Sequence record: ON528733
DNA: 40,156 bases
Source: Shigella phage ESh23
Reading direction: 5' to 3' (one strand)
Of the stretch, positions 1 to 13,000 are shown piece by piece. Numbering within the stretch: position 1 is the stretch's first letter; the number at the start of each line of letters is the position of its first letter. The translations under genes and the position numbers were made by a program. The notes beneath the pieces were generated by a model. It saw nothing but the letters and a program-made list of their open reading frames with translations. It was not told the DNA's origin and did not search any database.

Positions 1-518
1 AGGCCAAGGCTGAGGGTGCTGCCATCGACGCTCAGAACAGACAGGCTCAGGAGATGATTAAGCAGATGAACTACTCTGACGCCAACCTCACTATGCAGGA
101 ACGAGACCTTAAGGAGCAACAGGTAGCTGAGCTTACCGAGACAACTCTGAATGGTATTCGCAATCAGGGCATGGTCCGTGCAGCAGTGGCTGAGTCTGGT
201 CTTGAAGGCAACTCCATGAAACGCATTGAGCGCTCAGTGGAAGGCGACACCGTGAAAGAACGTGCTGGCATCACCGAAAGTTACAACCGCGACTATGCGG
301 CTATCTTCGGGAACCGTATTGCCAACATCGAGAACACCAAGTCTGCCATCAAGGGTCAGGCCAAAATCATCAAGACCAGCCCTCTGGCTCACGCACTTAA
401 TGTCACCTCTGCTGGTATGCAGGGCTACATGGCTGGGGAATCTCTGGCTGCGTCTAAGCCGTCTGGCGGTGCTGCTCCAATTAGTGCTGCTAAAGGCACA
501 CCTACAGGTCATAGCTAA
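1..518 (+). CDS. internal virion protein B (T7 gp14-like), C-terminal part; the N-terminal 23 codons lie at 40087..40156 (circular permutation)
   Basis: ORF is open from window position 1 in the frame of ORF 54..518; joined to 40087..40156 it gives about 195 aa (T7 gp14 is 196 aa); synteny directly upstream of gp15. Confidence 0.8.
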   Translation, partial: AKAEGAAIDAQNRQAQEMIKQMNYSDANLTMQERDLKEQQVAELTETTLNGIRNQGMVRAAVAESGLEGNSMKRIERSVEGDTVKERAGITESYNRDYAAIFGNRIANIENTKSAIKGQAKIIKTSPLAHALNVTSAGMQGYMAGESLAASKPSGGAAPISAAKGTPTGHS

Positions 519-529
519 TAGGAGGACCA

Positions 530-2812
530 ATGGCTAGTAATATCGAATCAGCTTTAGCTAACCGGACTATGGGCCGTGGTCGCGCTCCGGGTAAAGCTAT
601 CAGTGTAGACTATCAGGCGGCGAACATTCAGGGGCAGACTGGTGACTCCGGTCTTGCCCGTGCGCTCACTAACTTCGTTGAGTCGGGCACAGGTCTGTAC
701 AAGCAGTTCCAAGAGAAGTCCAAGAACCTTGGTGACGAGCGGTCTAACGAGATTATCCGTAAGCTGACTCCCCAGCAAAGGCGTGAGGCTATCCAGAATG
801 GTACTCTGCTGTATCAGGACGACCCGTATGCAATGGAGGCACTGAAGGTCAAGACTGGTCGAAACGCTGCCTATGCGGTAGACGATGAGATTAACGTCAA
901 GATTCAGAACGGTGAGTTCCGCACCCGTCAGGAAATGGAGGAGTACCGCCACCAGCGACTTCAGGATGCCGCTAAGTCTTATGCTGACGAGGCTGGTATT
1001 AACCCCAATGATGAGCACTTCCAGCGTGGATTTAACGCAGACATCACGGACAGAAACGTAGCCATCTATGGGTCGTTCAATAAGTATTTCTCTAAGCAAT
1101 CCGAGAATACTGCTATGCTGAACACCCGTGTAGAGCTAAACTCGTTCCTGAATGATGGGGACCTGATGCGCTCACCTGAGGCAGGCAAGTCTTTCATGGC
1201 GTATCTTCGCGATGGGCTGACCACTGCTGCCATTCCGTCCGACCAACGGGCGACTGAAGTTATCTCTCAGACGGTACGGGACGCAATCCAGAAGTCTGGT
1301 GGGGCTAACTTCCTTCAGCAGATTCGACAAGAACGTATCACCCTTAACGGAGTGGACGCCACGGTCGAGGAGATTGTCGGACCAGAGGTATTCAACGCCG
1401 CTCTGATTGAGGCCCAAGGAACCGAGTACAAGCTGGTGGCTAAGTATCAGGAAGACCTAGCGTTGGGAGTTCAGTCTGCCCTGCTTCAGGATGACCCGTC
1501 TATTGGTCTGGCTCAAATCCAGAAACTCAAGGCTCAGAACAACCAGCTCCAGCCGGGTGAGGAGATGACACCACAACGTCAGATGCTCATCAATGCTGAG
1601 GCCAGCCTCTTAGAGACCGTGAAGCGCAAGTCCGCTGAGCAGGCCAAGGAGAACGTTAAGCTCATCCAGACGCAGAACAAGCAGTTGGTCATCGACCAAG
1701 TGTATCAGCGACGACTGGCTGGGGACAACGTGTCCACCAACTATGAGGACCTCCCGGTATCCGAGGCCACTGGTGAGTTCAAGCGTTCGGACATGAACAA
1801 CTACGCCATGGGCAAACTCCGGCAGATTGACCAGATGGATATACCTCAGGCTGCTAAGGATGCTCAGAAGGTGGCGCTGCTGCGGGCTGATACCAACAAT
1901 GGCCCGTTCCGTAACGCCTTCCAGACGCTGACTCAGGATGCTGCGGGTGAGTGGCAAGCTGCGGTAATCCGAGGTCAATACGACCCAGACAAGATGCAGC
2001 GCTTCGAGTCCCTGCGTAAGGTCTACACTCAGGACCCTTCCAGCTTCGCGGCCCTCTACCCTGAGCAGGCCCAATTGTTCACGACTTTCGAGCAGATGGA
2101 CAAGATGGGTCTGGACCCTCAGACTATGATTGACGCTGACAAACAGGCTGCAAGTCAGTCCCGTGAGATGCGCATTGAGTCTGACAAGGCGTGGCGGGAG
2201 CTGAAGAACGACTCGAAGAATAAGGACCTCTCGCGTCTCCCTACGAGTCTGGATGCAAGTGCTCGTAAGGTCTGGGACTCATGGTATTACCGCACAGGTA
2301 ACGCCGATGCAGCTACCCAGAACACTCAGAAGTGGCTGAACGAGAACACCGTGACTTTCAATGATGATGGTCAGGATGGTAAGTCCATCGGCATGGTGTC
2401 CAAACATCAACTTATGGTAGGGGATAACCCTGAGTCGTGGCAGGTTGGTCGAGACATTATAGACACAGCTCGCAAGCAACTCATCAAAACTAACCCTTGG
2501 GTCGTGAACTCTCAGCTCTCTGTAGTTGAGCAGAACGGCTCGGTCTTCCTGCAAGACGCCACTGGGACCATTCGTATTCGCTACGATAAGGAACTGGTGG
2601 GTAAACTGTACCGTGAACAACAGAAACAAGCCGAGGATAAAGCCTACGCTGAAGCTGAACGTAAAGCCAACACCCGCGCTCGCATCGTCGAGACTAAAGC
2701 GGCTGGCGATAAGCGTCGGGCCGAACGTGAAGGTAACATCCAGAAACGCGGTGGTCTGTACGGTGATGTCTCGCTGGAGGGTATCGCAAACACCTTAATC
2801 GGTAAGGAGTAA
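530..2812 (+). CDS. internal virion protein C (T7 gp15-like), 760 aa
   Basis: Size and position between gp14 and gp16; SD GGAGGA upstream of ATG; T7 gp15 is 747 aa. Confidence 0.85.
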   Translation: MASNIESALANRTMGRGRAPGKAISVDYQAANIQGQTGDSGLARALTNFVESGTGLYKQFQEKSKNLGDERSNEIIRKLTPQQRREAIQNGTLLYQDDPYAMEALKVKTGRNAAYAVDDEINVKIQNGEFRTRQEMEEYRHQRLQDAAKSYADEAGINPNDEHFQRGFNADITDRNVAIYGSFNKYFSKQSENTAMLNTRVELNSFLNDGDLMRSPEAGKSFMAYLRDGLTTAAIPSDQRATEVISQTVRDAIQKSGGANFLQQIRQERITLNGVDATVEEIVGPEVFNAALIEAQGTEYKLVAKYQEDLALGVQSALLQDDPSIGLAQIQKLKAQNNQLQPGEEMTPQRQMLINAEASLLETVKRKSAEQAKENVKLIQTQNKQLVIDQVYQRRLAGDNVSTNYEDLPVSEATGEFKRSDMNNYAMGKLRQIDQMDIPQAAKDAQKVALLRADTNNGPFRNAFQTLTQDAAGEWQAAVIRGQYDPDKMQRFESLRKVYTQDPSSFAALYPEQAQLFTTFEQMDKMGLDPQTMIDADKQAASQSREMRIESDKAWRELKNDSKNKDLSRLPTSLDASARKVWDSWYYRTGNADAATQNTQKWLNENTVTFNDDGQDGKSIGMVSKHQLMVGDNPESWQVGRDIIDTARKQLIKTNPWVVNSQLSVVEQNGSVFLQDATGTIRIRYDKELVGKLYREQQKQAEDKAYAEAERKANTRARIVETKAAGDKRRAEREGNIQKRGGLYGDVSLEGIANTLIGKE

Positions 2813-2817
2813 TAACA

Positions 2818-5800
2818 ATGGCGACTCGTGGTATTCGCAACAATAACATCGGGAACATTCGTGTTTCCAAAGACCAGTGGGAAGGAGCTACAGGAGACGA
2901 TGGGTCTTTCGTAACGTTCGACACTCCTGACTCTGGCGTCCGCGCTCTGGCGAAGAACCTGATGTCCTACGGTCGCCAAGGCTACGACTCAATCGAGAAG
3001 ATTATCAACCGATGGGCACCACCTAGCGAGAACGACACCCAGTCTTACATCTACTCTGTGGTTGCTGCTACTGGCATCCCGGCGACCCAAAGTATCGACT
3101 TGACGAACCCTGATGTCCTCGCCTCTCTGTCTGAGGCTATCGGCTACCACGAGACTGGTTCCCGGTATGACCCTGAGGTCTACAAGCTCGGAGTCTCTCG
3201 CGCCTTAAGTGGTGCTGGAGGCATCACCACAAAGACCCCACCAGTAAGCGCTAACGTCTTCGACGCTCTCACGGAGGGCTTGAAGTCTAAACCTAAAGTC
3301 GCTCTGGGAGAGAACCTTCCGGGCGTTACTGGTATGAACATCGAAGGTCAGGAACCTGAGGCTCCTAACGAGTCTTTCGGAGAGATGTTCTATAAGTCAA
3401 CTGGCGAGACGCTGGACCAAAGAGCTGACCGCTCTACATGGTTCGGCTTCGGTGGAGCTGCTGAGGCTGAAGTGAAGAACTCTCTGGTTGGCGTGGCTGT
3501 CCGCGCTGGTCAGACTGAGGACTCGCTCGATGTCATTGGCGATGTGTTTAACCCTACCCGCTGGAATAACCACAAGTGGTCCCGCGAGGAGTTAGACCAG
3601 ATTCGTAACGCTGGGGTACTTCCTCAGTATTACGGAGTCATCACTGGTGGTTCGCCTCAGAATCTGACCGAGCTGATTAACTTGGCGCTGGAGAACCAGA
3701 AGTTAGACGCTGAGAAGGCTAAGGCCGGGACTGGCGCTCAACTGGCGGCTGGTGTGATTGGTGCTGGCGTGGACCCACTGACCTATGTTCCTATTGCCGG
3801 ACAGGTAGGTAAAGGCGGTAAGCTGGTTAACAAGATGTTCACCGTGGCTGCTCAGTCTGGTGCGTTGGCTGGCGTGTCTGAGATTGCTCGTACCTCTGTT
3901 GCTGGTGGTGATGCTCACGTTGCCGAGGCAATTATGGGCGGTGCTCTATTCGGTGGTGGCATGACTGCTATCGGGGACGCTCTTGGCAAGGTTCTTGGAA
4001 AGTCGACCAATGAGTTCGCTGGTCCAGCTACACGTCTTGAGGCACGTGAGACTGCTCGCAACGTTGATGGTCAGGACCTGTCGCGTCTACCAATCCGTGA
4101 AGGAGAGGAGACCTTCAGTCACCAAGGCGTTAAGTTTGCTGACGTTCCTAACGAGCCGGGAAGTGTGCGACTGGAAGATGGTTCAATCCTGATTGGCGAG
4201 AACCCACTGAACCCTAAGACACGCCAAGTCTTCGACGAGGTGATTGAGCCTGAACGTGCTGCTGCTGGTGTAAACCTTGGTGGACTTACCGAGATTGGCT
4301 TGAAGCTCTTGAGGTCTGAGAACCCTGAGATTCGCGGACTTGCCGCTGACTTGGTGCGTTCCCCTACAGGTATGCAGTCAGGTGCGAGCGGGAAGATTGG
4401 GACTACAGCGTCAGACGTATTCGAGCGACTTCGTGCAGTGGACCATCGGTTCTACAACGACATCGACGATGCGGTGACTGAGGCCCTGAAGGACCCGTAC
4501 TTCCAGACCAACTTCAACCGTGACACTGGGGCTTTCCGTCAGGACATCTACCAGCGTGTGGCTTTGGCTATCGAGGACGGAAGCGGGAACCTGAAGTCTG
4601 AGCTGACTCCGGGCGAACTGAAGGTCTACGACCTGCTGAAGAACCAGTTCGACGCTAAGCGTGAGATGATGGAGAACCCTGCGATGTTCGGTCGGGCGGA
4701 CGCTAAGACCATCTTCCCCGGCAGCCGCTTCAAGGGGACATACGTTCCTCACGTCTACAGCAACCAGATGAAGGAGCTGTACATCAAGGAGCTTGGAAGC
4801 CCTGAGGCGCTGCAAGAAGCAATCAAGAAGTCGTGGCTCACGAGCTATGCGTCAAGACCTGAGGTCAAAGCTCGGGTGGATGAGGCCCTGATGGAAGCTG
4901 ACCCTAATCTGACTCCAGAAGGACTTGCGGCTGCGGTGGATAAGTACGCCAATGATAAGGCTTACGGTATCTCTCACACCGACCTATTCGAGCGCTCGTC
5001 TGTCATGGAAGAGAACATCAACGGTCTGGTGGGTCTGGAGAACAACAACTTCCTTGAGGCCCGTAACCTGTTCGATAGCGATATGTCTATCATCCTGCCA
5101 AACGGTCAACCGTTCAATGTGAACAGTCTCCGTGAGTGGGACATGGATAAGATTGTCCCGGCGTACAACCGTCGAGTCAATGGGGACATTGCTATCATGG
5201 CTGGGACCGGGAAGACCACGAAGGAGATGAAGGACGCCGTAGAGACCCTGATGAACCGTGCTGGTGATGACGGTAAGCTGAAGGGTGAAGTCTCTACATT
5301 GCGTGACACCCTGAAGATTCTGACTGGTCGTGCTCGACGTGATGGTGCAGACGATGCGGCCTTCTCTACTGTGATGCGCACCATGACAGACCTGTCCTTC
5401 TTCGCCAAGAACGCCTATATGGGGGTACAGAACTTGACGGAGATTGGCGGTATGCTGGCCCGTGGTAACGTCCGTGCGATGCTGCATGGTATTCCTATCT
5501 TCCGTGACCTAGCCTTCCGTAGCAAGAAGATGGGAGCCTCGGAGATTAAGGAGCTTCATAACGTGGTCTTCGGAAAGGAGCTTGACGACTCAATCCGTCC
5601 GTCCAAACAGGATGTCATCGACCGCCTGCGAGCGTACAGCGACCTGAGTAAACCAGTAGCTACCGCTTTAGGTTCTGCCAAGTATTACACTGGGGAACTT
5701 GCGGTCCGCTCTCCGTTTACGAAGGTCCTGAACGGGACGACTAACTACCTGCTGGATGCTGGACGTCAAGGCTTCCTGTCTGACATCGTGGAGCACAGCC

Positions 5801-6714
5801 TGACCGGAAGTAAGCGTAAGTTTGATGACCGCTGGTTGAAGACCGCTGGTATTTCGGACGAGCAGTGGAAGGGCATTAAGTCCCTCATCCGTGAGTCAGT
5901 GACTCGTGGTCCAGACGGGAAGTACACCATCAAGGATAAGAAGGCGTTCAGTCAGGACCCAAGGTCTATGGACCTCTGGCGTATGGGTGATGCCATCGCT
6001 GACGAGACCCTGCTCCGTCCGCACAAGCTGAGCAACATGGATGCCAAGGCGTATGGACCTCTGGCGAAGACTGTCTTGCAGTTTAAGAACTTCGTCATCA
6101 AGTCCATCAACGGTCGAACCATGCGTACCTTCTACAATGCCACCAAGAACAACCGAGCGATGGACGCTGCGCTGTCAACGGTTATGTCTATGGGTCTGGC
6201 TGGAATGTACTACATGGCTCAGGCGCACATCAAGGCTTACGCTATGCAGGACGGTCGTGACCGAGAGTATCTGAAGCAAGCCCTTAACCCGACAATGATT
6301 GGCTATGCTGCTCTGTCCCGTAGCTCCCACTTAGGTGGTCCTCTTGGGGTCGCCAACATTCTGGGCGGAATCGCTGGGTATGAGGACACTAAGATGCTCC
6401 GCTCGTCAATCCTTCCACGCTCACCTACCGAGAAACCTGAACGTGCTATTACCTATGGCGCTGCGAAGAGTGACCCGGTGATGAATGTGGTCGGTAACTT
6501 CCTTGAGCAGGTTCCGGCTTTTGGATACGCCGCTAACGTTGGTGCTTCGGCCTACAACTTGGCTGGATACCTGAAGGCTGATACCAGAGTGAACGAACGA
6601 GACTACATGACCGGGATGTATAACACTTTCCGAGAGCTGGTCCCGAACGACCCTATCACTCAGAAGCTCCTGTTGGGAACCTTTGAGGAACAAGGCATTC
6701 ACATCAAGGACTAA
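2818..6714 (+). CDS. internal virion protein D (T7 gp16-like), 1298 aa, with a divergent N-terminal domain
   Basis: From about residue 190 onward collinear with recalled T7 gp16 (e.g. TGGSPxNL, AGxIGAGVDPL, VRSPTGMQSGASGK, PHVY, ARRxNGDIAIMG motifs); first ~150 aa do not match the T7 transglycosylase domain. Confidence 0.9.
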   Translation: MATRGIRNNNIGNIRVSKDQWEGATGDDGSFVTFDTPDSGVRALAKNLMSYGRQGYDSIEKIINRWAPPSENDTQSYIYSVVAATGIPATQSIDLTNPDVLASLSEAIGYHETGSRYDPEVYKLGVSRALSGAGGITTKTPPVSANVFDALTEGLKSKPKVALGENLPGVTGMNIEGQEPEAPNESFGEMFYKSTGETLDQRADRSTWFGFGGAAEAEVKNSLVGVAVRAGQTEDSLDVIGDVFNPTRWNNHKWSREELDQIRNAGVLPQYYGVITGGSPQNLTELINLALENQKLDAEKAKAGTGAQLAAGVIGAGVDPLTYVPIAGQVGKGGKLVNKMFTVAAQSGALAGVSEIARTSVAGGDAHVAEAIMGGALFGGGMTAIGDALGKVLGKSTNEFAGPATRLEARETARNVDGQDLSRLPIREGEETFSHQGVKFADVPNEPGSVRLEDGSILIGENPLNPKTRQVFDEVIEPERAAAGVNLGGLTEIGLKLLRSENPEIRGLAADLVRSPTGMQSGASGKIGTTASDVFERLRAVDHRFYNDIDDAVTEALKDPYFQTNFNRDTGAFRQDIYQRVALAIEDGSGNLKSELTPGELKVYDLLKNQFDAKREMMENPAMFGRADAKTIFPGSRFKGTYVPHVYSNQMKELYIKELGSPEALQEAIKKSWLTSYASRPEVKARVDEALMEADPNLTPEGLAAAVDKYANDKAYGISHTDLFERSSVMEENINGLVGLENNNFLEARNLFDSDMSIILPNGQPFNVNSLREWDMDKIVPAYNRRVNGDIAIMAGTGKTTKEMKDAVETLMNRAGDDGKLKGEVSTLRDTLKILTGRARRDGADDAAFSTVMRTMTDLSFFAKNAYMGVQNLTEIGGMLARGNVRAMLHGIPIFRDLAFRSKKMGASEIKELHNVVFGKELDDSIRPSKQDVIDRLRAYSDLSKPVATALGSAKYYTGELAVRSPFTKVLNGTTNYLLDAGRQGFLSDIVEHSLTGSKRKFDDRWLKTAGISDEQWKGIKSLIRESVTRGPDGKYTIKDKKAFSQDPRSMDLWRMGDAIADETLLRPHKLSNMDAKAYGPLAKTVLQFKNFVIKSINGRTMRTFYNATKNNRAMDAALSTVMSMGLAGMYYMAQAHIKAYAMQDGRDREYLKQALNPTMIGYAALSRSSHLGGPLGVANILGGIAGYEDTKMLRSSILPRSPTEKPERAITYGAAKSDPVMNVVGNFLEQVPAFGYAANVGASAYNLAGYLKADTRVNERDYMTGMYNTFRELVPNDPITQKLLLGTFEEQGIHIKD

Positions 6715-6731
6715 ACTATCACTATAGGAAA
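6712..6731 (+). promoter_or_regulatory. phage RNAP promoter (phi17 position): TAAACTATCACTATAGGAAACG
   Basis: One of 12 copies of the conserved 17-19 nt motif; sits between gp16 stop and tail fibre start. Confidence 0.7.
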
Positions 6732-6772
6732 CGGGAGTGCTACCATAGGCTCCCATTTAATTCAACACTTAA

Positions 6773-9280
<2,508 letters not shown>

Positions 9281-9326
9281 CCGATAACTTTGGGTCAAGG
9301 ACGACCCGTTTAACAACGGAGGTATT

Positions 9327-9521
9327 ATGATTGAGTTCGACTTCAAGAATGAGGTCCTCAAAGCCTCGCCTATCGTCGGGACCGCTGCGGCTGATGGTGC
9401 CAGTCGGTTCTTCTTTGGGTTAACACTCAACGAGTGGTTCTACGTCGCTGCTATCGCGTATACCGTGGTGCAGATTGGCGTACTGATTTACAAGACGATT
9501 AAGAGCGGAGGTAAGACATGA
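9327..9521 (+). CDS. class II holin (T7 gp17.5-like), 64 aa
   Basis: Strong match to recalled T7 gp17.5 (PIVGT, FFGLxLNEWFYVAAIAYTVVQIG); SD GGAGG upstream. Confidence 0.85.
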   Translation: MIEFDFKNEVLKASPIVGTAAADGASRFFFGLTLNEWFYVAAIAYTVVQIGVLIYKTIKSGGKT

Positions 9522-9781
9522 CACAGATGGACTTAGAGAAGTTCCTGTTAATGCTGGACACTGAACGTGCAAGACTTATGCTGCAAGACCTGCGGGATGA
9601 CTCCAAGCGTTCACCTCAGCTTTACAACGCCATCGAGAAGCTGCTAGCTCGCCACAACTTTGTGCTCAGCAAGGTGTCTGTGGACGAGAAACAGTTAGCT
9701 GACATGGAGGCGCTGAACAGGGAGTACGATAAGGTTCTCTCAGCTACTGAGGATAATGACACCGGGTATGGTGTACAGTAA
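9518..9781 (+). CDS. terminase small subunit (T7 gp18 position), 87 aa
   Basis: Synteny between holin and spanins; size similar to T7 gp18 (89 aa); start overlaps holin stop. Confidence 0.65.
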   Translation: MTQMDLEKFLLMLDTERARLMLQDLRDDSKRSPQLYNAIEKLLARHNFVLSKVSVDEKQLADMEALNREYDKVLSATEDNDTGYGVQ

Positions 9782-9785
9782 GTGT

Positions 9786-9830
9786 TAGACTCAAGGTCAT
9801 TACCACTATGTGTAGTGGCCTTTATGATTA
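9786..9830 (+). promoter_or_regulatory. conserved hairpin element (RNase III site, R18.5 position): AGACTCAAGGTCAT-stem-GGCCTTTATGATTA
   Basis: Element repeated at 19949..19991 and 27027..27067; inner stem CCACTA/TAGTGG; position matches T7 R18.5. Confidence 0.4.
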
Positions 9831-9885
9831 ACACACACTACGGGCGGCGACGCTACGTGGATTCTGAGAAACGAGGAGGGCAACT

Positions 9886-10335
9886 ATGCTCGAACTTTTA
9901 CGTAGATGCGCACCTTGGCTGGTGGCAGGACTCCTGTTCTGCTCAGGTTACTGGGTGGCAGACAATAAGTGGGAGGCGAAGGTAAGCAATGAGTACATCA
10001 CGAAACTTGAGGCACGAGAGAATCAACGGGCTGCTGTCCAAGGTGAAATCGACAAAGTGTCAGCAGAGTGGCAAGACAAGATGTCCGCGCTGGAAGGCTC
10101 TACTGATAGGATTATTGCTGACCTTAACCGCGATAACAAGCGGCTGCGCATCCGAGTCAAACCCACCAGTGGCACAGTCCAGACTGACGGTCGATGCGTC
10201 ATTGATGGTTACGCCGAACTTGACGAACGAGATGCTAAGCGTCTTATCGCCATCGGACTGAAAGGAGACGAATGGATTAAGGCCCTCCAGAAGACCGTGA
10301 GAGCCATGCAGCAAGAGAAGGAGGTGAAACCTTGA
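9886..10335 (+). CDS. i-spanin (Rz-like, T7 gp18.5-like), 149 aa
   Basis: N-terminal TM segment plus coiled-coil; matches recalled T7 gp18.5 ([24 protein letters not shown]). Confidence 0.85.
   Translation: MLELLRRCAPWLVAGLLFCSGYWVADNKWEAKVSNEYITKLEARENQRAAVQGEIDKVSAEWQDKMSALEGSTDRIIADLNRDNKRLRIRVKPTSGTVQTDGRCVIDGYAELDERDAKRLIAIGLKGDEWIKALQKTVRAMQQEKEVKP
9989..10261 (+). CDS. o-spanin (Rz1-like, T7 gp18.7-like) embedded in the +1 frame of the i-spanin gene; true start probably internal
   Basis: Embedded ORF with lipoprotein-type signal and lipobox LTAITSGC. Confidence 0.55.
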   Translation: MSTSRNLRHERINGLLSKVKSTKCQQSGKTRCPRWKALLIGLLLTLTAITSGCASESNPPVAQSRLTVDASLMVTPNLTNEMLSVLSPSD

Positions 10336-12095
10336 GTCAAGACTTAGCGGCGCGTCAGGCGCTTATGACTGCACGTATGAAGGCAGACTTCGTGTTCTTC
10401 CTGTTCGTTCTGTGGAAAGCTCTGTCACTTCCGGTCCCGACTCGCTGTCAGATTGACATGGCGAAGAAACTATCGGCTGGGGACAACAGGCGTTTCATCT
10501 TGCAGGCGTTCCGTGGTATCGGGAAGTCCTTCATTACGTGCGCCTTCGTGGTCTGGAAGCTATGGAATAACCCGGACTTGAAGTTCATGATTGTGTCGGC
10601 CTCAAAGGAACGAGCCGATGCTAACTCCATCTTCATCAAGCGTATCATCGACCTGATGCCTCAGCTCCAAGAGTTGAAGCCTAAGCAGGGACAGCGAGAC
10701 GCAGTAATCAGCTTTGACGTAGGGCCTGCCAAGCCTGACCACTCTCCGTCGGTTAAGTCCGTTGGTATCACTGGTCAGTTAACTGGTAGTCGTGCTGACA
10801 TCCTGATTGCCGATGACGTAGAGGTCCCCGGTAACTCAGCTACTCAGGCGGCTCGTGACCGACTGTCAGAGCTGGTGAAGGAGTTCGACGCAATCCTGAA
10901 GCCGGGTGGTACGGTTATCTATCTGGGTACGCCTCAGACCGAGATGACCCTGTATCGACAGCTTGAGGGCCGTGGCTACTCAACTACCATCTGGCCTGCT
11001 CGCTATCCACGCGATGAGAAGGACTGGAAGTCTTATGGCGACCGTCTGGCTCCGATGCTTCAGGCCGAGCTTGAGTCTGACCCTGAGGGCTACTACTGGA
11101 GACCTACCGATGAGGTTCGCTTCGATGATGAGGACCTGAAGGAACGTGAGCTGTCCTACGGTAAGGCTGGCTTCGCTCTACAGTTCATGCTCAACCCGAA
11201 CCTAGGGGATGCCGAGAAGTACCCTCTGAAGCTGCGTGACCTTATCGTAGCGGACTTGGACCCTGAGTCTAGCCCTATGGTCTACCAGTGGCTTCCGAAC
11301 CTTCAGAACAAGCGTGAGGACGTTCCTAACGTTGGACTCATGGGTGACGCCTACCACACGTATCAGACTGTAGGTTCTGCCTTCAGCTCGTACACCCAGA
11401 AGATTCTGGTCATTGACCCTAGTGGTCGTGGTAAGGATGAGACCGGGTATGCGGTGCTGTATCAACTCAACGGCTACATCTTCGTGATGGAAGCTGGTGG
11501 TATGCGTGGTGGTTACGAGGACTCAACGCTGGAAGCTCTGGCGAAGATTGGTCGCAAGTGGAAGATTAACGAGTACGTCATTGAGGGTAACTTCGGTGAT
11601 GGCATGTATCTCGAATTATTCAAGCCTGTAGCGGCCCGTATTCACCCGGCAGCAGTGACTGAGGTCAAGAGTAAGGGCCAGAAGGAACTCCGCATCTGCG
11701 ACGTTCTGGAGCCTATCATGGGGTCTCACCGACTCATCGTGAACTCCTCGACCATTGTGTCTGACTACCAGACTGCCGCTGATAATGATGGAGTCCGCAA
11801 CCCTATCTACTCACTGTTCTATCAGATGACCCGTATAAGCCGTGAACGTGGAGCCTTGGCTCACGATGACCGACTCGATGCTCTGGCTATCGGTGTGCAG
11901 TTCTTCGTAGAGTCTATGGCGAAGGATGCCGTAAAGGGACAGCGTGAAGTAACCGAGGAGTGGCTGGAGGAACAGATGGAGGACCCACGGAAAGGCTTTA
12001 AGTCCATCGAGACTGACTATTGGGACAATGGGGTCCGGGTCCAGTTCAATACAGATGACGACTTGGGCTTAGGGTCCTACGTCCAGTTCCACTAA
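10332..12095 (+). CDS. terminase large subunit (T7 gp19-like), 587 aa if TTG start
   Basis: Near-collinear with recalled T7 gp19 ([23 protein letters not shown], [41 protein letters not shown]); AAGGAGGTGA SD before TTG at 10332 (alternative ATG at 10368). Confidence 0.93.
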   Translation: MSQDLAARQALMTARMKADFVFFLFVLWKALSLPVPTRCQIDMAKKLSAGDNRRFILQAFRGIGKSFITCAFVVWKLWNNPDLKFMIVSASKERADANSIFIKRIIDLMPQLQELKPKQGQRDAVISFDVGPAKPDHSPSVKSVGITGQLTGSRADILIADDVEVPGNSATQAARDRLSELVKEFDAILKPGGTVIYLGTPQTEMTLYRQLEGRGYSTTIWPARYPRDEKDWKSYGDRLAPMLQAELESDPEGYYWRPTDEVRFDDEDLKERELSYGKAGFALQFMLNPNLGDAEKYPLKLRDLIVADLDPESSPMVYQWLPNLQNKREDVPNVGLMGDAYHTYQTVGSAFSSYTQKILVIDPSGRGKDETGYAVLYQLNGYIFVMEAGGMRGGYEDSTLEALAKIGRKWKINEYVIEGNFGDGMYLELFKPVAARIHPAAVTEVKSKGQKELRICDVLEPIMGSHRLIVNSSTIVSDYQTAADNDGVRNPIYSLFYQMTRISRERGALAHDDRLDALAIGVQFFVESMAKDAVKGQREVTEEWLEEQMEDPRKGFKSIETDYWDNGVRVQFNTDDDLGLGSYVQFH

Positions 12096-12190
12096 CCTAA
12101 TGAATACCTACGCATGAAATCTGCATGTATAAGCAGTAAGTAGTGCGTTAGGTATCTCTCGTAACTTAATGATTCTAAAGGGAAATGGAC

Positions 12191-12212
12191 TTAACTATCA
12201 CTATAGGGAAGA
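12191..12212 (+). promoter_or_regulatory. phage RNAP promoter (phiOR position): TTAACTATCACTATAGGGAAGA
   Basis: Conserved promoter motif downstream of the terminase gene. Confidence 0.7.
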
Positions 12213-12384
12213 CCCCCGGTTGCTTATAGTAAAGACTCAATGAATAAGCATATGCACACTTTATGCAAGACCTTAGGAGGCAGACTCCTGAGTTCTTACC
12301 TAAGGTTAGCACCGATGGAGAGGGTGATTGTAATCATCACACCCTCATAACTTAAGTAGACCCTAAGCGACAGGAGGTATGTAG

Positions 12385-12534
12385 CATGGGTAAGACCAAA
12401 GCTGTTCTCAAAGCTCTGGCGACCAATAGAGCTACATACAGGTTTCTTGCTGCTGTTCTACTTGCTGCTGGCGTTACTGCTGGAAGTCAGTGGGTCGGGT
12501 GGGTCGAGACTCTCGTATGTACTCTGGTGTCTGA
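12385..12534 (+). CDS. small protein, T7 gp19.5-like, 49 aa
   Basis: 49 codons with GGAGG SD; contains TYRFL motif as in recalled T7 gp19.5 (49 aa); last gene before the genome end region. Confidence 0.55.
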
Positions 12535-12577
12535 GTGCCATTAACGCAATCATGGTAACAATCAACGAAAGACGGAC

Positions 12578-12618
12578 CTAAGGTCAGTTCATAGCTGACG
12601 CTACTCTACTGACCTTAG
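12578..12618. repeat. inverted repeat (11 bp arms CTAAGGTCAGT / ACTGACCTTAG, 19 bp spacer) downstream of gp19.5
   Basis: Read directly from sequence; arms are exact reverse complements. Confidence 0.6.
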
Positions 12619-12781
12619 CTACTGTAGTCAAGGACTTTAGGTAACACCTTAAGAGAAGCTCACTTAGGGTCATCCTACTTACTGGTCTATCCTAGTGTCG
12701 CCTGACCTACGGTCCTTGACCTACAGTAGCTGGGTCCTACAGTAGGGACGATGAGTTTTGGACCAAAAGTTTGAGACCACA

Positions 12782-12960
12782 TCTCACAGTTCAAGAACCT
12801 CAAGTCTCCCCATAGGCCTCTTTAAGTCTCGACCAAAGGCCCTACCCTAGACCTTCGGTCTAAACCTCAAGTCATTGACGTCTGGTCAGGACCAAAAGTC
12901 TACCTCAAGGGCCTATATCTTGTGGTTGGGACGATTGGTCGGGACTATATGTTGTGTCTC
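12782..12960. repeat. candidate terminal repeat (collapsed single copy) beginning with the T7/T3-type left-end signature TCTCACAGTTCAAGAACC; extent approximate
   Basis: TCTCACAGT matches the first bases of the T7 genome; region is non-coding with short repeats (CCTCAAGTC x3, GACCAAAAGT x2); boundaries cannot be fixed from one copy. Confidence 0.35.
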
Positions 12961-13000
12961 CGAGTCCCTATCTGTATCAGCCTAAGGTCCTCACCTCAAG

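Noticed and set aside
4984-5487. 167-aa minus-strand ORF, and similar minus-strand ORFs at 554..1099, 1610..2074, 16602..17156, 31238..31864, 33018..33464
   Set aside because: All are antisense to strongly supported plus-strand genes (gp15, gp16, RNAP, gp6.5-gp7, portal) and have no RBS or promoter context; treated as frame artefacts.
9782-9985. 67-aa plus-strand ORF between gp18 and the spanin gene
   Set aside because: Overlaps the conserved R18.5-type hairpin and the start of the i-spanin gene; no RBS; the region is better explained as a structured RNA element.
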